Below the pieces are notes generated by a model. It was not told the origin of the DNA, did no database searches, and worked only from the letters and a program-made list of their open reading frames with translations. The position numbers and the translations under genes are program-made. Shown one piece after another: positions 37,637 through 50,300 of a stretch of DNA of 64,000 bases. This stretch comes from Heptranchias perlo (Eukaryota): assembly GCF_035084215.1 (NCBI RefSeq), contig NC_090353.1:25296001-25360000 (forward strand), in the 5' to 3' direction. The first letter of the stretch is position 1, and the number at the start of each line of letters is the position of its first letter.

Positions 37637-39301
37637 GTACTATTATTCTTGTATTGATGTAAAGTCCAGACCATTTCAACGGTGTCACAAAAGTAACTTT
37701 ATAATTGCATTCTAGGATAACATTTAGCTGTGTGAAAAGCTTGTTGCTGGCATGCTAAAAAAAACCCTTGCTGAACTAAAGAAGCAGTGTTTATTAAAAT
37801 TTAATTGAAGGAAAACAATTGCAAAGGATTTAGTCTCAACTGCCATCTGCAAACTCTTACAAACATTGCACTCTGACATAACGGCCACCTATTTTCCAAT
37901 GCAGAAAATGCAAACAATAACAAGAATCTTGTATGTAGGAAAAAATGCCTAGGCCAGAATTTATTTCTTGAATTTCACAGCTTCCTCAAATTTCACCACA
38001 CAGGACTGAAAAATGTGTGTTAGTTCCTGTTTGCTTAGCTTTTTATAAAGCGGAAAGAACGTGGCAGCTAGTTCGAAACAGTTTAGATTTTCCACGTGAT
38101 ATAACCACACTGCACCGAGCCCCCAAAGGCCCCACGCATTGAAAACTGAAAAATGAAGCAATAGGATTTATTGAGGAAGGTTCTTTGAACAGAGGTTTGG
38201 CTCCCACATTACATAAAGACTAATATAGTTCACTAGAACCCTTCTAATGGAAATATTACCGTAGCACCAAACCATTACCCAATTGCTGTATTGAGAAAAT
38301 GGTGTTAAAATATTGGTATTTGTCAATGCAACACTACAAATACCCATACTCTGGTGTTCTCCTTCAACGTAATGAAAGTTTTTGACAGGAAAGAGTGGAA
38401 TTAACATTCTCTGTGCTAAAGAGAATAGCCTTCAGTGATAGAAACTCCCCATTCCCACCCCATATTGTTGTTGTACAGCAATGGTTGCAACTCACCCATG
38501 TTCCCCCATTAAGTCCTTTAAATAAAAGTTTCATCCAACTGTTTCAAGAGCTCAGCAGATTGACAAATGGGCCTGCAAATATAGAATGAACAAAATGCCT
38601 CATACCTCACCATTTGTGTAAAACTATACAAGTTTTACAAAATCCAGTAAAAATATTTCAAAACAAAATGATGCCAATTGGCAGCCATGAGTAAGTATGA
38701 ATACAATGCTCATACGCAGCTTCTTCTGGTTGCACATGGACATCAAGTAATTAAAATTTTAGTGGCATTTTAGCTTCTTTAGTTTCAGTGAAGTCTATTT
38801 ATTATAAACTGTAACACATACCAGGAGGGGTCATCATTAACTGACCTTTACTGATCTGTTTATTCCTTCACAGCCACTAACTGTCACATTCTTAAAGATA
38901 CTCTATTTTGTTTCTTTTTTTACATGTCACTATGCCACATAATCATTCCTTGAATGAAAGATTGGCACAGGTGAATTATTGCCAGGCCTCTGCCAATGGC
39001 ATCCATGGTTTGATTACAAGGAGCTTTGCAGGACCATTGTAGGATGACTTGGCTGTCAGTTTTTCCCCTTTACATGAGGAAATGCCAAGTCTTTAGTCTC
39101 TACATCTGCCTGGCAGTTGGGACCAGGAACTTACCATATGGGGAATCACAGGCACAAACCCAACATGTTTGGTATAATTTTCCGAATATGGAAACTTTCC
39201 ATATCCAAAATTAACCCTGTTGTGCCAACACCACACCTAGTTCACTGTGTGTAGCAATTCATTAATCTAATACTCTCATTTTCTGTGTTGTGGATTTCTA
39301 G

Positions 39302-39406
39302 GCACTGTTAATTACCTCAAATTAATCCTAATTACTGTTACCATGGGAGCAGTAGCTCTTTTGGTCCTATCAGTGATCTGTTGGTGGAAGAGGAGAAATG
39401 GTCAAG
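39302..39406 (+). CDS. Selectin-like gene transmembrane exon
   Basis: tttctag|GC...CAA G|gtaata, 105 bp, phase 1-1. Encodes GTVNYLKLILITVTMGAVALLVLSVICWWKRRNGQ, a hydrophobic helix followed by a basic stop-transfer. Confidence 0.88.
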
Positions 39407-39636
39407 GTAATATGTTGTGTTGATACAGTAACCATCATTATAATACTTAGTATTTCACTTTTCATTAAGAAAGAAGAAAGAACTTGCATTTATATAGCAC
39501 CTTTCACAACCTCAGGATGTCCCAAAGCATTTTACAGCCAATGAAGTACTTTTAACATATTGTTACTGTTGTAATGTAGGAAACACCAATTTGCACATGA
39601 ATCTACAGGTATTCTATACAGTTAAACCTAATTATT

Positions 39637-39792
39637 AAAACAGAAAATGCAGGAACTCCACAGCAGGTTGATCAGCATCAGAAAAAAAGGTTAATATTTC
39701 AATCCTGTTGAAGGGTCTCACCTGAAACCTTAACCTTTCTCGTTCAGATGCTGGCTGATTTCCAGCATTTTCTGTTTTTCTTTCAGATTTCC
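39637..39792. mobile_element. Inverted pair of Penelope-like terminal repeats with a degenerate hammerhead-like core
   Basis: AAAACAGAAAATGC...CTGTTGAAGGGTCTCACCTGAAACCTTAAC...GCATTTTCTGTTTT; same family as 55404-55506. Confidence 0.55.
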
Positions 39793-41029
39793 ACAATTGT
39801 TTTTTTCTTTTCATCTCAAATTGTTATTACAAGTTTGCAGAGAGCAGCAAACTAGTTTTTTTTTTAAATCTGGAATTCAGTTTATCCAGCTTCTTAATGT
39901 GATGGTTGCAATGAAGCCAGTCCTGGGAGCAGAGGAAACCTCACTTGTAATAGAGTTTGTGATAATGAAGTTTGACTGCATTAAAACAGTTGTTTTGGGG
40001 AAAGAAACCTGTATATCGCTCTACTAGATCCGCAATGGATGTTAAGCAAAGAATTGGCTTGGAATTTGCCTCAACTGTCAAATGCGGGCATTGATATCAC
40101 TAATTTTCAGTTAGTGAGACATTGTCTAAATTCCATATGAAACAATAAAGTGGTAGTAATGGCGGCAGGGCTTGTAATATTGGAGTATGTGCCTCAGGTG
40201 ATGAGCTGACCACCCATGCCCCTCCACTACCACAGGTTACAGGTTATGAAGGTAGATCTGTGAGATGGAGTCAATTAAAACCAGATTACTGGGACAGTAG
40301 AACAGAAAGACAAAAATAAATGACGATTGAGATCAAGACGGAAATGAAAAATGGAAGAGAAAGAAGCAAGAGAATAAAAATAGATAAATGAGGAAATAGG
40401 ATCGAAATGGAGAAGAGCTACTATGGATGTAGCCTGGCTTAAATTGAAAGGGGTAGAGGGAGGCATATCTGTCTACAAACTAGTGCTCACCCAGCTTGAG
40501 AGATGCAAGCCTCATGATGGATTTTTATTAGTTAAACTTGAGAGAGAAAGAGAGAGTCCACTATGGCCTAGCACCAGTATAGCTTGAGAAAAGAAAGTTG
40601 GATTGCCAGTCCATCTTGTTTTACACAATGAGAGACAGACAGTGCAGTTTGCAGCTGTTGGGCAGAACTCACCTTGAACTGGCATTAATCGAGTTCATTT
40701 TGTAATTTTTCGACTTGTATATTTCTATTTCCTGTATCTCTGTCAGCACTCAGTTCTCCTTCAGCCAGGAAGAAGGTATTTGAATTCAACCTTTGAATTC
40801 TCCACAATTGTGGTTAGTGTTGACTGGTGGAGTATTCAGTTGGTGAGGATAGATCCCTCCAAGAAATGCTACCACTCCTTAAGGTGAAGCAATCTACCAC
40901 CACGACATGCTTCATTTGGTAGTCTAGCCAACACTGGCAAAACTATCTGAGGAGGGTAACGCCTTTTAACGTTACTTGTGGTAGAAATTTGAACTCAAGC
41001 CATCGGAATAGGAAGGCATAGCTCTCATA

Positions 41030-41350
41030 TGTATGGTAGCCTAATGGTTTTGCACTGGACTAGTCAGCCAAGGATTGCGAGTTCAAATCCTATCATGGCA
41101 TGTTATGAAATTGAGTTCAAGAAATCTGGTAATTTGTGAGTTGGCACCAAAAAATGATAATGAAAGCCGCTGGAATGTTGTAAAAACCCACCTGGTTCAC
41201 TGATGTCCTTCGGAGAAGGAAACCTGCCGCCCCTACTTGGTCTGACCTGCGTGTGATTCCAGTCCCACACTATATGGTTGACCCTTGATACCCTTACGGT
41301 AATAAATACTGCCTGCCCATTGTCACCCACATCCCAAGAGCAATTATTTT
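41030..41350 (+). mobile_element. tRNA-derived SINE
   Basis: A-box-like GGTAGCCTAATGG and B-box GAGTTCAAATCC, followed by body and an A-rich end. Confidence 0.55.
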
Positions 41351-42079
41351 AAAAAATACACTTTTAAATAATTCGGTTCACATGGAATGTTGCCAAGCTT
41401 CATGTACCCAGGGATTAAAAAATGCCAATGTTCAAAATCTAAAATAAAAGTAGAATATTCTGGCAGTCTACAACTAATCGGTATTTGAAAGAGACTGAAA
41501 GACTAACATTTTATATGGGACACTTTATCAGTATCCCTGGCTCTGCCGTATTCAGTGGGTTGCATTTAATAAGGGAAAAAGGCATTTCACAGAGGTGTGA
41601 GGAATATGGACAGTGAACCAAAGGAGGAGATATGAGGAGGGGTGGCCAAGACCTAGTTAAAGAGTGGGTTTTAATGAAGGTCTTAAAGAAGGCGAAGAAG
41701 GTGGAGAGGTGGAGTGGTTTAGAGAGGGAATTCTTGAGAGTGGGGCCTACATGGCTGAAGGCATGGCTGCCAATGGTGGGGCGAAGGGAGGGGGAATTCT
41801 CAAAAGGTCAGTCAGAGTAATGGCGAGTTTGTGGGGGAGGCTGTAGGAGGTTACAGAGTTAGTGAAGGGAGAGGCCATGGAGGAATTTAGAAACAAGGAC
41901 AAGGATTTTAAACAGGAGGGAGTGGGAGCCAATGTATATCAGTGGAGATGGGGGTGATGGTGAGGAGGACTTGGTGTGGGATAGGATACAGGCAGCAGAA
42001 ATTTAGTGTTATAGATTATTTTAGCCTCTTGAGATGAATCCATCCCAATAACTTCTTTCTATTTTTTCATCTCCCTTAG

Positions 42080-42104
42080 AGCAAAACAATGCCTGCAATG
42101 ACCT
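42080..42104 (+). CDS. Selectin-like gene cytoplasmic microexon (25 bp)
   Basis: Strong polypyrimidine tract, cttag|A...CCT|gtgagt. Phase 1-2 exactly bridges the TM exon to the last exon; encodes EQNNACNDL. Confidence 0.7.
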
Positions 42105-42565
42105 GTGAGTATTGAAACCATCAATAGCCTTTGGTACTTCAAAATTGTATGCAGTTCCAGAAACTGCTATTTTCTATGTGTCAGTAACATTTTGTAGGAT
42201 AATGATTGTTTCTTTCATGGTACTGTAGGATAATTTCAGTCAAAAGCATAACAGGTGCGTGACTGAGACTGAAGGAACTCATAGAAATCTCTGCCTTTGC
42301 TGTACACTGCCCTAAAAGTACTGATATAAATCTAACTAAAAAGTTGGGAATTGTATTTAGTATTTGATTATCTTGGTTAAATAATAGCGAGTCCTTCCTA
42401 AAAATATTCTGCAAGGATATTTACTACAGTAGGGATACATTTTCAAAGATACCACTCTTGGGATTCCGTACCAGGAGTGGAGTCTATGAAAGTTCTTCTC
42501 ATATGGTTGTAGAATGTTTGAGCTACCTTTTTCAGCCACTCATAGTCAATGGGAAGAAAATCTAT

Positions 42566-43763
42566 TGCCCAGAAATTGCTGGAAAAGTAACGGCGAGTTC
42601 ACGCCACCCACCATTATTAGTGCGTAAAAAAACAGCAATTTGTGGTGAGGAAGAGATAAGTGATGAGTTGCAAATCGCCACAACTTGCTGGACGATTTGC
42701 GCTGCTCTGCAGTTAACCTCGCAAAAACGGACAAGGACCATGTTAATGACGTGATTTATGGTCCTGACATGACACTCAACTTTGGAAACCCAGAAAGGGA
42801 ACAATGAAGCTATGGAGTCTCACTCAGGCAGCTAGTGAATTGTTTCTAGAGGTTTTTTAAACCTTTTATCTGTCTTGGCATTATTGTTGTGCCAGTCTTG
42901 TCATCCACACTCCTGTTAGTGTCGGAAGGCAATAATTTTCAGGATCCAAAACTGTTTTGACATTCAGAAATGCAAATTAGATAGATCTCTTTCAGAAATT
43001 AGCATTTTGGGATACAGTATATAAGTAATTTGAGACACGATGTGGTAAGCATAGCACACTTGAGCAAAAAGGTGACTTTGGACCTATGATTCCTAAAGCT
43101 CTCCACTACTGGGGTTTTCCTTGTATAATTTTTGGGTCTGTTGTGGACTAATCGATAGAGATTGATTGCTATGATTAATCAACAACTCCATTATCATTGT
43201 ATCATGCAACTACCAGGATGGTAGAAGGTGAACTAGATGGACTTTGATCTAGCAATTCCTATGTTCCTATGAAAGCAGTTCTACTGTTCCTGATCATGTT
43301 GGATGGGGCCGCTGGTTCTATACTTCATAGGTCAAGAATGTTTGTACATTTCACATACCTACCCTGCCATTCACTCATTAACTTCTCAAGGACCAATACA
43401 ACAATTTCAAACACAATGGTGTTAAAATGTCCTCTTCTGCTTGTTCTTTTAAGTTTTTTCCTCCTTTTCCTTTCTGTCTCTTTTTTCTGCCTCAATCAAT
43501 CCACTCTCCTTCTTTCCCTTTCTTTATTTCTTTTTCTGTCTCTAAATTGATACTAATTTACCCTATTTCCTTCTCCATTAAGGAGATAGACCACTGGCAT
43601 GATGCTTATGAGGTCCCAGATGCATCGTTAACATCACTGCGCCATTATCAATTCGCATTTCCAGTAATTTCTGGTGCAAATGTAGTGTGATCTGAAGGGT
43701 GAGGTAAAAAGTATAATTCACGATGCTAGCCGTGAGATATGCCGCTCGAGCATTTCTAGGCCA
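42566..43763. mobile_element. Possible non-autonomous TIR (Harbinger-type MITE-like) element with a nested CR1 tail fragment
   Basis: The ends GCCCAGAAATTGCT / AGCATTTCTAGGCC are imperfect inverted repeats; the TSD is ambiguous. Confidence 0.35.
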
Positions 43764-46218
43764 TTGTTATTAAAACCAAGTTGTTTTGTAATTCAAGCAG
43801 ATTTGTGGCTAAGTGGCTCTGTACACTGACAGAAGTTTAGTTTCATCACTCACTTTGATTCAATGCAGATTAAACCTGTCAGATGTTAGTCTTGAAAAAT
43901 GTGGACACTATAGCCTAGAAATTACTGTCAGTGAACAGAGGCATCAACTCATTAATTTTAAGCAGGAGAGAAAAGAATCTAAATGAGTGCATATGATAAC
44001 ACTAACAGTAACTTTCAGCCAATAGTGCACACGACCTTAAATAAGAACTCAACCTAATTTAAAAAGGAAATTAAGATTTCAGTAGTTGCTGCCATATGAA
44101 AATCTCTGACAAGTGCTTAGAACCAGTACTGCTGTGTTGTGGAGACATCCAGCCAGTCTCCTTGGTTCATTCATTAATGTGGGGACACCGCTGCATTCCC
44201 TTCCTGCCACGGAGTCTGGATCATGAAATGTGGCATATTAATTTCCACAAAATATTGGACTCTCAAAAAACTAATAAGCCAGCGAGTTTTACAGCATATT
44301 TACAAATCCCCAGTGATTTAATCCTATTCAAGGAGAAGCAATGGTGTCCTCTTGGTAATGAAAAACTACAAGTGTTACAAGTGAATTTCTCAACAGCATG
44401 ACAGCCATCGTAAAAGTGACTGGTTTCTATGCAATTAAATTATTGAAGACTGCAATTTTGGATAGGGTACATTTAACACTGTATGTACAAAGGTTTCTTA
44501 TTTTCACTCCCATATCTATAAAAATAGTTCATAATAAATATTCATATGTACAAATTTAAAATATAAAATAAGAATATATTGTTGGTTTATTCTGAGAATA
44601 TTGAGATCTTCCTCTGTATTTCCTTTATTGCACTTTATAATATTAATAAATTTAAAATAAATGATAATATTAATAATATTAAATAATATAGGATCAAATA
44701 ATTCTAGCAGATTAATAAATACTGCAAACATCACTGAAAACACCATTTTGATAGCTATGATAGAATGTAGGACTTCCATAGTTCAACATTATTTTATAAG
44801 CCTGGAACCCTACCCCATGCTTTTGTAGGTGCTGCCTGACCCCTGGTACCTTGGCCAAATGGCCATTTTTCATTTATAAACCTGAACAGTGAATATTAGC
44901 AGACTATTCAACTGTGAAGCCATCAGAACCGACTCTTTGCCTGATGTACTTTCCATTAAGGGATCAACGGACAGTGATCAGGAGCAGAAACCCAAGCTGA
45001 TTTTTCTCCTCTCTGGTCCCAGGCCTTGAGAAATGTTTATCACCACTACCACTGCCGAGGCTGGGAACAGTTAACTCAGTACAGACTGGGGATCAGACCT
45101 GAGGCTTTCCTGAGAAAGTTCCATTCTGAGTTGTAAATATACAAACTGATACAAAAAGCAAAACTTCTTATTTCATAGAACTTGTCACTGTTGAACTATT
45201 ATCCTATATGCTGTAAGGTGGAAATTGAGTATTTTATGAACAACAGCTGCTTTTATATTGTAGTAAGACTCATGCTAGTGCCAGCTCCTGACTTATTAGG
45301 ATTTGCTAAGACCAGCAGCTGGTAAGACCCATTTTTAACAGATCTTCCTTCCCATTGATGTTAGTGAATCCCAGAGTTTACTTTCGGGCTCCACCCAATT
45401 GCATGAGATCCACATGCTGCGAGTCGATACCACCAGCACGGGTTTTGCACAGCTAGCAACAACAAATTGAATTTATATACCACCATTAATGTAATAATAA
45501 GCCCCAACGCACATCAGACAGTAGAAAGTGGCAACCGAGCAGGAGCAGCAGAGTTAGGAGAGATGTAAAGTAGGTGATTTAGGTTTTCAGGAGGTTTGTA
45601 AAGGTGTATAGAGAAGTAGCAAGGCGAGGACGTTTAGGAAGCGAGTTCCAGAGAATCAAACTAAGACGACTGAAAGTTCTGGCACCAGAGAGCATTGTGG
45701 GATGGGGAAATACCCAAAAGGCCAGAGTCGGAGGCCTACTGGGGCAAGGAGAGGCAGCTAAACGGTTGGTAGTAGGATGCTGAGCAGATTGAAAGAGCAA
45801 GAGATGGGTCTCGTAAAGAAAATGTCTGCTGAAGCCGGAGAAAGATAAAACAGGAGAAGTTTCTGTGATATGGGATCAGGCTGGGGTGAAGGTTAAGCTG
45901 TGTGGGGGTGGGGGGGAAGGCGGGGTGTAGGAATGGAGGGGAGAAGTCCTGATCTTTGAAACTAACATGTCCATATGCTTCTCCCACGTGAGATTGGAGG
46001 GGTTGGGTAGGGGTAAAGAGTTTGAGGAGTTAATTGGTCATTGAAAAAGGGAGTCCTGGATTGTCTTTCTCCTCAAGGATGATATTGGATTATTAGGACG
46101 ATTTTTCAAGTGACTGAAATGTCTGCATTAGATCTGATGATATTCTTAACCTGGATTTTTTGTGCACTTATTTTCTCAAAGAAAGAAAATTAATCAAACT
46201 TCACAATTTTTTTTCTAG

Positions 46219-46363
46219 CCCAATGCAACAGAACACATCAGCATATGAAAGTCATGGCGTATATATACTATCAACTCCACGCCAGAACATTGAGACCCCA
46301 CAAGATCAAATATATGCCAACAGCCTCAGCACACATCAGGTCATATATGAGAACTTAGAGTAG
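46219..46363 (+). CDS. Selectin-like gene last coding exon (tyrosine-motif tail)
   Basis: ttttttttctag|C CCA ATG...GAG TAG encodes PMQQNTSAYESHGVYILSTPRQNIETPQDQIYANSLSTHQVIYENLE*; AATAAA at 46562. Confidence 0.75.
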
Positions 46364-46989
46364 GTAATAATGAATGGCACCATCCAATGGGAAATCATCA
46401 GAATTTCTCTTGTTGAAATTCATGACATTAGATCAGAAGTTTGTCATTTAACATACATCAATGTTAAGCTACAAGTTACTGTTGCCGGTATTTTCAGGTG
46501 AACGCTTAATGGGTTTATATGATCCCTCATGTTATCTTAGTGGAGGCATTAATCCATTTAAAATAAATAATAGGTTAACACCTTTGTTAAAGTAACAAAC
46601 TGAGGACTGTCTTAGTAATGTGTTCGGCTACTAATATCGCCAGTAGTAATTTCTAGGCTATCATTTGCAATTAAACTGGAAAAAATATTGGGAGAAAAAG
46701 TGGATAAACAGATGCAAGAAATATCATGTAGAGCCAACAGCTGGCATTTGATTTGAAACAAGATGCATGTAACAAGCGTTTATGATATTATATTAGTTTA
46801 TCACAGCATTGCTATTAATTTTATATAATTCTGAATGCAGTATTACACATACATTGTAAAACCAGAACCCAGGTCCTGAAGTTACGCAGTTCTATATGTT
46901 TCATAGGACAGGACTGAAGATTCCCAGCCATACTTGAGGTTTCACACCATGAGAAATGGGGTCATAAAAAGTGATATGATAGCTGCTTC

Positions 46990-47360
46990 TCCTAATGGCT
47001 CAGCTGGTTAAAGGAATGAACAGCTAAGCCCTACAGACAAAGAAAGTCCCAAGTTGACTCTTTACTCTACTGTGAGTAACTGACCTCAGCTAAGGTGACA
47101 GCACAATTGAGCTCAGTGCCTTGTTTTCAGAATTGGTAAATTGGCTCCTACTCCAAAGAGAAAATAATTAGCTAGGGTTCTTGCTCCTCATCTAGTAACT
47201 TCTGCTGGGAAGTGTATATGTTGGGTCAGTGGGTGAGAACAGAATCAGGCCTGTTAACACTATGTCAGCTCATGGAGGATGAATGGACACTTAGATGAGG
47301 TATTGGAGGGTGACTGATCCCTATGGAATTGAGTCAGGTTCCTTTAGAAGAGGAGAAGTG
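46990..47360 (+). mobile_element. Old LF-SINE-like repeat (related copies at ~44830-45110 -, ~53350-53720 +, ~57870-58210 -, ~60740-61000 +)
   Basis: Shared motifs: ATGGCTCAGCTGGTTA head, TGTGCTGAGTTA.CTGA..TCAGC and CTCAGTGCC...CTGCTGGGAAGTG. Confidence 0.45.
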
Positions 47361-50300
47361 GGGGATAGAACATGGGCATAAAAGGAGGGGAAAGATAATC
47401 CAGCTGTATCGAAATAAGTAGACGGAGGGGAACAACTCTCAAACATTTCAAAATAAAGGGAAAACTAAAGATGTGAATGAGAGAGAAGGGATCAAATTTT
47501 GCTGGTAATGTTGATGGGAAGCAATAAAGATGGGTAAAATCAACCTGACCAGACTGTAGTAACCCAGGGGTGTCCGAACTGTGAGCCCTGGCAACCCTCC
47601 CTCAAAGGGCAGGCAACTCAGTCCTTGCACTTACATTTCTTATTCCTTCATTCATCCTGTTTGAATTTTGTGGAAGTTTGGAAAGGGTTATTCCTAGCAC
47701 TGTTGTCTCATTGGTGCATATACCCAAAATTGGAATATCAAGATTGGTTAGTATCTGCAAGTTAAGACATATACAATGTAATAGGAATATGGATTTTATT
47801 TAAATGTAGCCTCAAAGCTCCTTGATACACATCCCATGAGGACAAATAGTTTGGACAGCTCTAAACCTACCTTCTCAAAGCCTGTTTTCAAACTAATAAT
47901 GTTCCTTTTAATAGTCGTGCTTGTAGGTTGATTTTAAAAGTACTACCAAAAAGTCATCATTCTACAACATTGTCTACACAAGATTAAACCACAGATTAAC
48001 TGGACAAACAGTATATCTCATTTGTTGTTTTGTGGGATCTAGCTGTGTGTAAAATTGGCTGCTGCATTTGCCTATATAACAACTGTTATACTCTCACCAG
48101 CATAACTCTCAGGGCCATCCCATTACATCACGGTGCAGTCTGTAAGGAAGGAGTTATAATAATGATCTGTAATAACAATATATGTAATGCTGACAACATT
48201 ACTTTAAGAAGATTCATATTGTACAAATATAATAGAATTTGAAGCTGGGGATATGAAAACCTAAGTTAACTCTACATGGACTCCCTGTATTTCATTGTGT
48301 TTCATATATTATCAAATCAGGATCCTATTGTATAATGCCCTCCATTGATTAATTGTATAACCGAAGTGGCAATTTATAGTTAGTGAGGTTTTGATTTATT
48401 GTTCCTTATTTAATGTTGCAAAGGGAGTGTTCCATCCAATTAGCAAAGACAATCTATTTGGACAAAGTAATGGTTCATTTTATTTCCTGTAATTTTCTAG
48501 CTTTGTACAAATCCTTATAATAAAATTTCTGGACAATCTTGTGACTGTCATCCCCATCGGGTCTGTCTAGAAATTTTCTTCTTCCTCTTTAGTTAAGCTT
48601 ATTTTCTCCCCCATTATTTAAGTCTCTGTGTTTTCTCCTTTCTAATTAGTTATCTTCATTACCTACCAATTATTTTGTGCAAAATCTTTCTCCAAAATTC
48701 TTTCTCCAGTCACATTCCACCAAAGCAATTCTCCCCAATCATGTTACAGCAAAACAAAATTCTGCCCAAAGACATTGCAGTCCCTCCCCAAATGCTCCCA
48801 AACTCCAGCAAGTTCTATGTACTCCCAGGCCTGTCAGCTCCCTTTCAGTGAAGATTAAACTTAAAGTCAAATTCCTGACAATTAAATAAATATAAAATCG
48901 TAAATGTATAATTTGATCAAACTACAGAATGTACTGGTGACATGGATTGTTCCAGATTAAACTCAGATGGAATAAAAAGGGGCTAGTTCCCCAGGCTCCA
49001 TCTTCCAACCACTAAATACCCAAACCACACTCAATGCTTGTATCTTGTAAATAATGTGTCTCAACTTTGCCTTCACCCCACAACCCCCATAGCGTAGCCT
49101 GTGATCAACTATCAAAATGGAAACCATTCCCATCTCCAAGCAGTGCAACCCAATTGTACAACACAATCGATATATCTCTGTATGTCTGTTTGATCTTACG
49201 TGTAACAATGACTCATCATTTTACACGAACTCAGATGAATTTTAAGAAAAAGTTCTGTCCAATTTTCTTCCCCCTCTCCTGAAAACATTGACGGCTTGCT
49301 GGGGCATGCTTCCATTGGCAACAGTCACCCTCCAAATACTCAGCAGGGGAGCTGATCTTGTATTTATATAATGAGTGAATCTGAGTCTATAAGAAACACT
49401 CGCAGCTTTATCGCTCAAATATTGCACATGTTATATAAGCATGGGGTATCCACATTGAAAATTAAGATTAGGCTTTTCACTCAATTTCCTCTGAACTGAT
49501 TGTTGGTGCAGTTACTTCACGTCCTAATCCGCTCAAAATTAAGTTTCAGGCTGTATTTGACATTAATTGCTTTGAGACAATATCTACACCAGGACCCTGC
49601 TGTTCTCTCCAGAATACAATGCAAGGCTACCCCAAGACCCATCCCATCAGCACTGCTGGTGAGGCCTGGTACAGAGCACGCGCATGTCGGAAAAACATAA
49701 CCTCGCAGACAGCCAGTGCATATTGGAACATCACAAAAGACTGTGGATTGATCAGCTGGTTCATTTTAAGGAACCGTTACTCTCCAAGAGACTGTAAAGG
49801 GTTCTACTTTCTGTGGACTGTTTCCAGTTCTCTCATTAAATATTGTGCTGTTTTCTATTCTGCTGTGCTTTTTTTGCTTTGGTGTATCATTTTATTTGTA
49901 AATAAATTCAATGCAGTAGTTCAGCCAGTGTGGTATTTTCTAATTTCTGATGTGACAGAAGAATGTGGCGGGTGCCTTATGCATTCTTCAGTAAACAATT
50001 TAACTTACAATGTTGTTGATAATCCAGCCCCTGAGCAACACAAGCAGTGCTTGCATTGTTCAGGCATTGCATTCCCCTACAAGTAAATGAGCTGGCCTCG
50101 CTGAAAAATGTTCTGCTGCTCCAGCTGCACTGCTCGTGATGTGATGGAAGTGCTGGAAACTTTAGATACTGGTAAACAGTGAAGCATTGCTGGCTGCCTG
50201 TTCAGCTGGCTGATTTTCTATCGTGGTGTAGATAGCACAAAGCACATAATGGGACAGCTACCTAATTTTATTATTATTGGACCCGATGCTTGCACACAGC

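Noticed and set aside
33111-39301. Additional sushi exons expected for a canonical selectin
   Set aside because: I found no further 186-bp six-Cys exon by eye; a profile search of the six-frame translation would be needed to exclude one completely.
44516-44779. Hydrophobic 87-aa minus-strand ORF in very AT-rich DNA
   Set aside because: An I/N/F/Y-biased product of AT-rich intron sequence.
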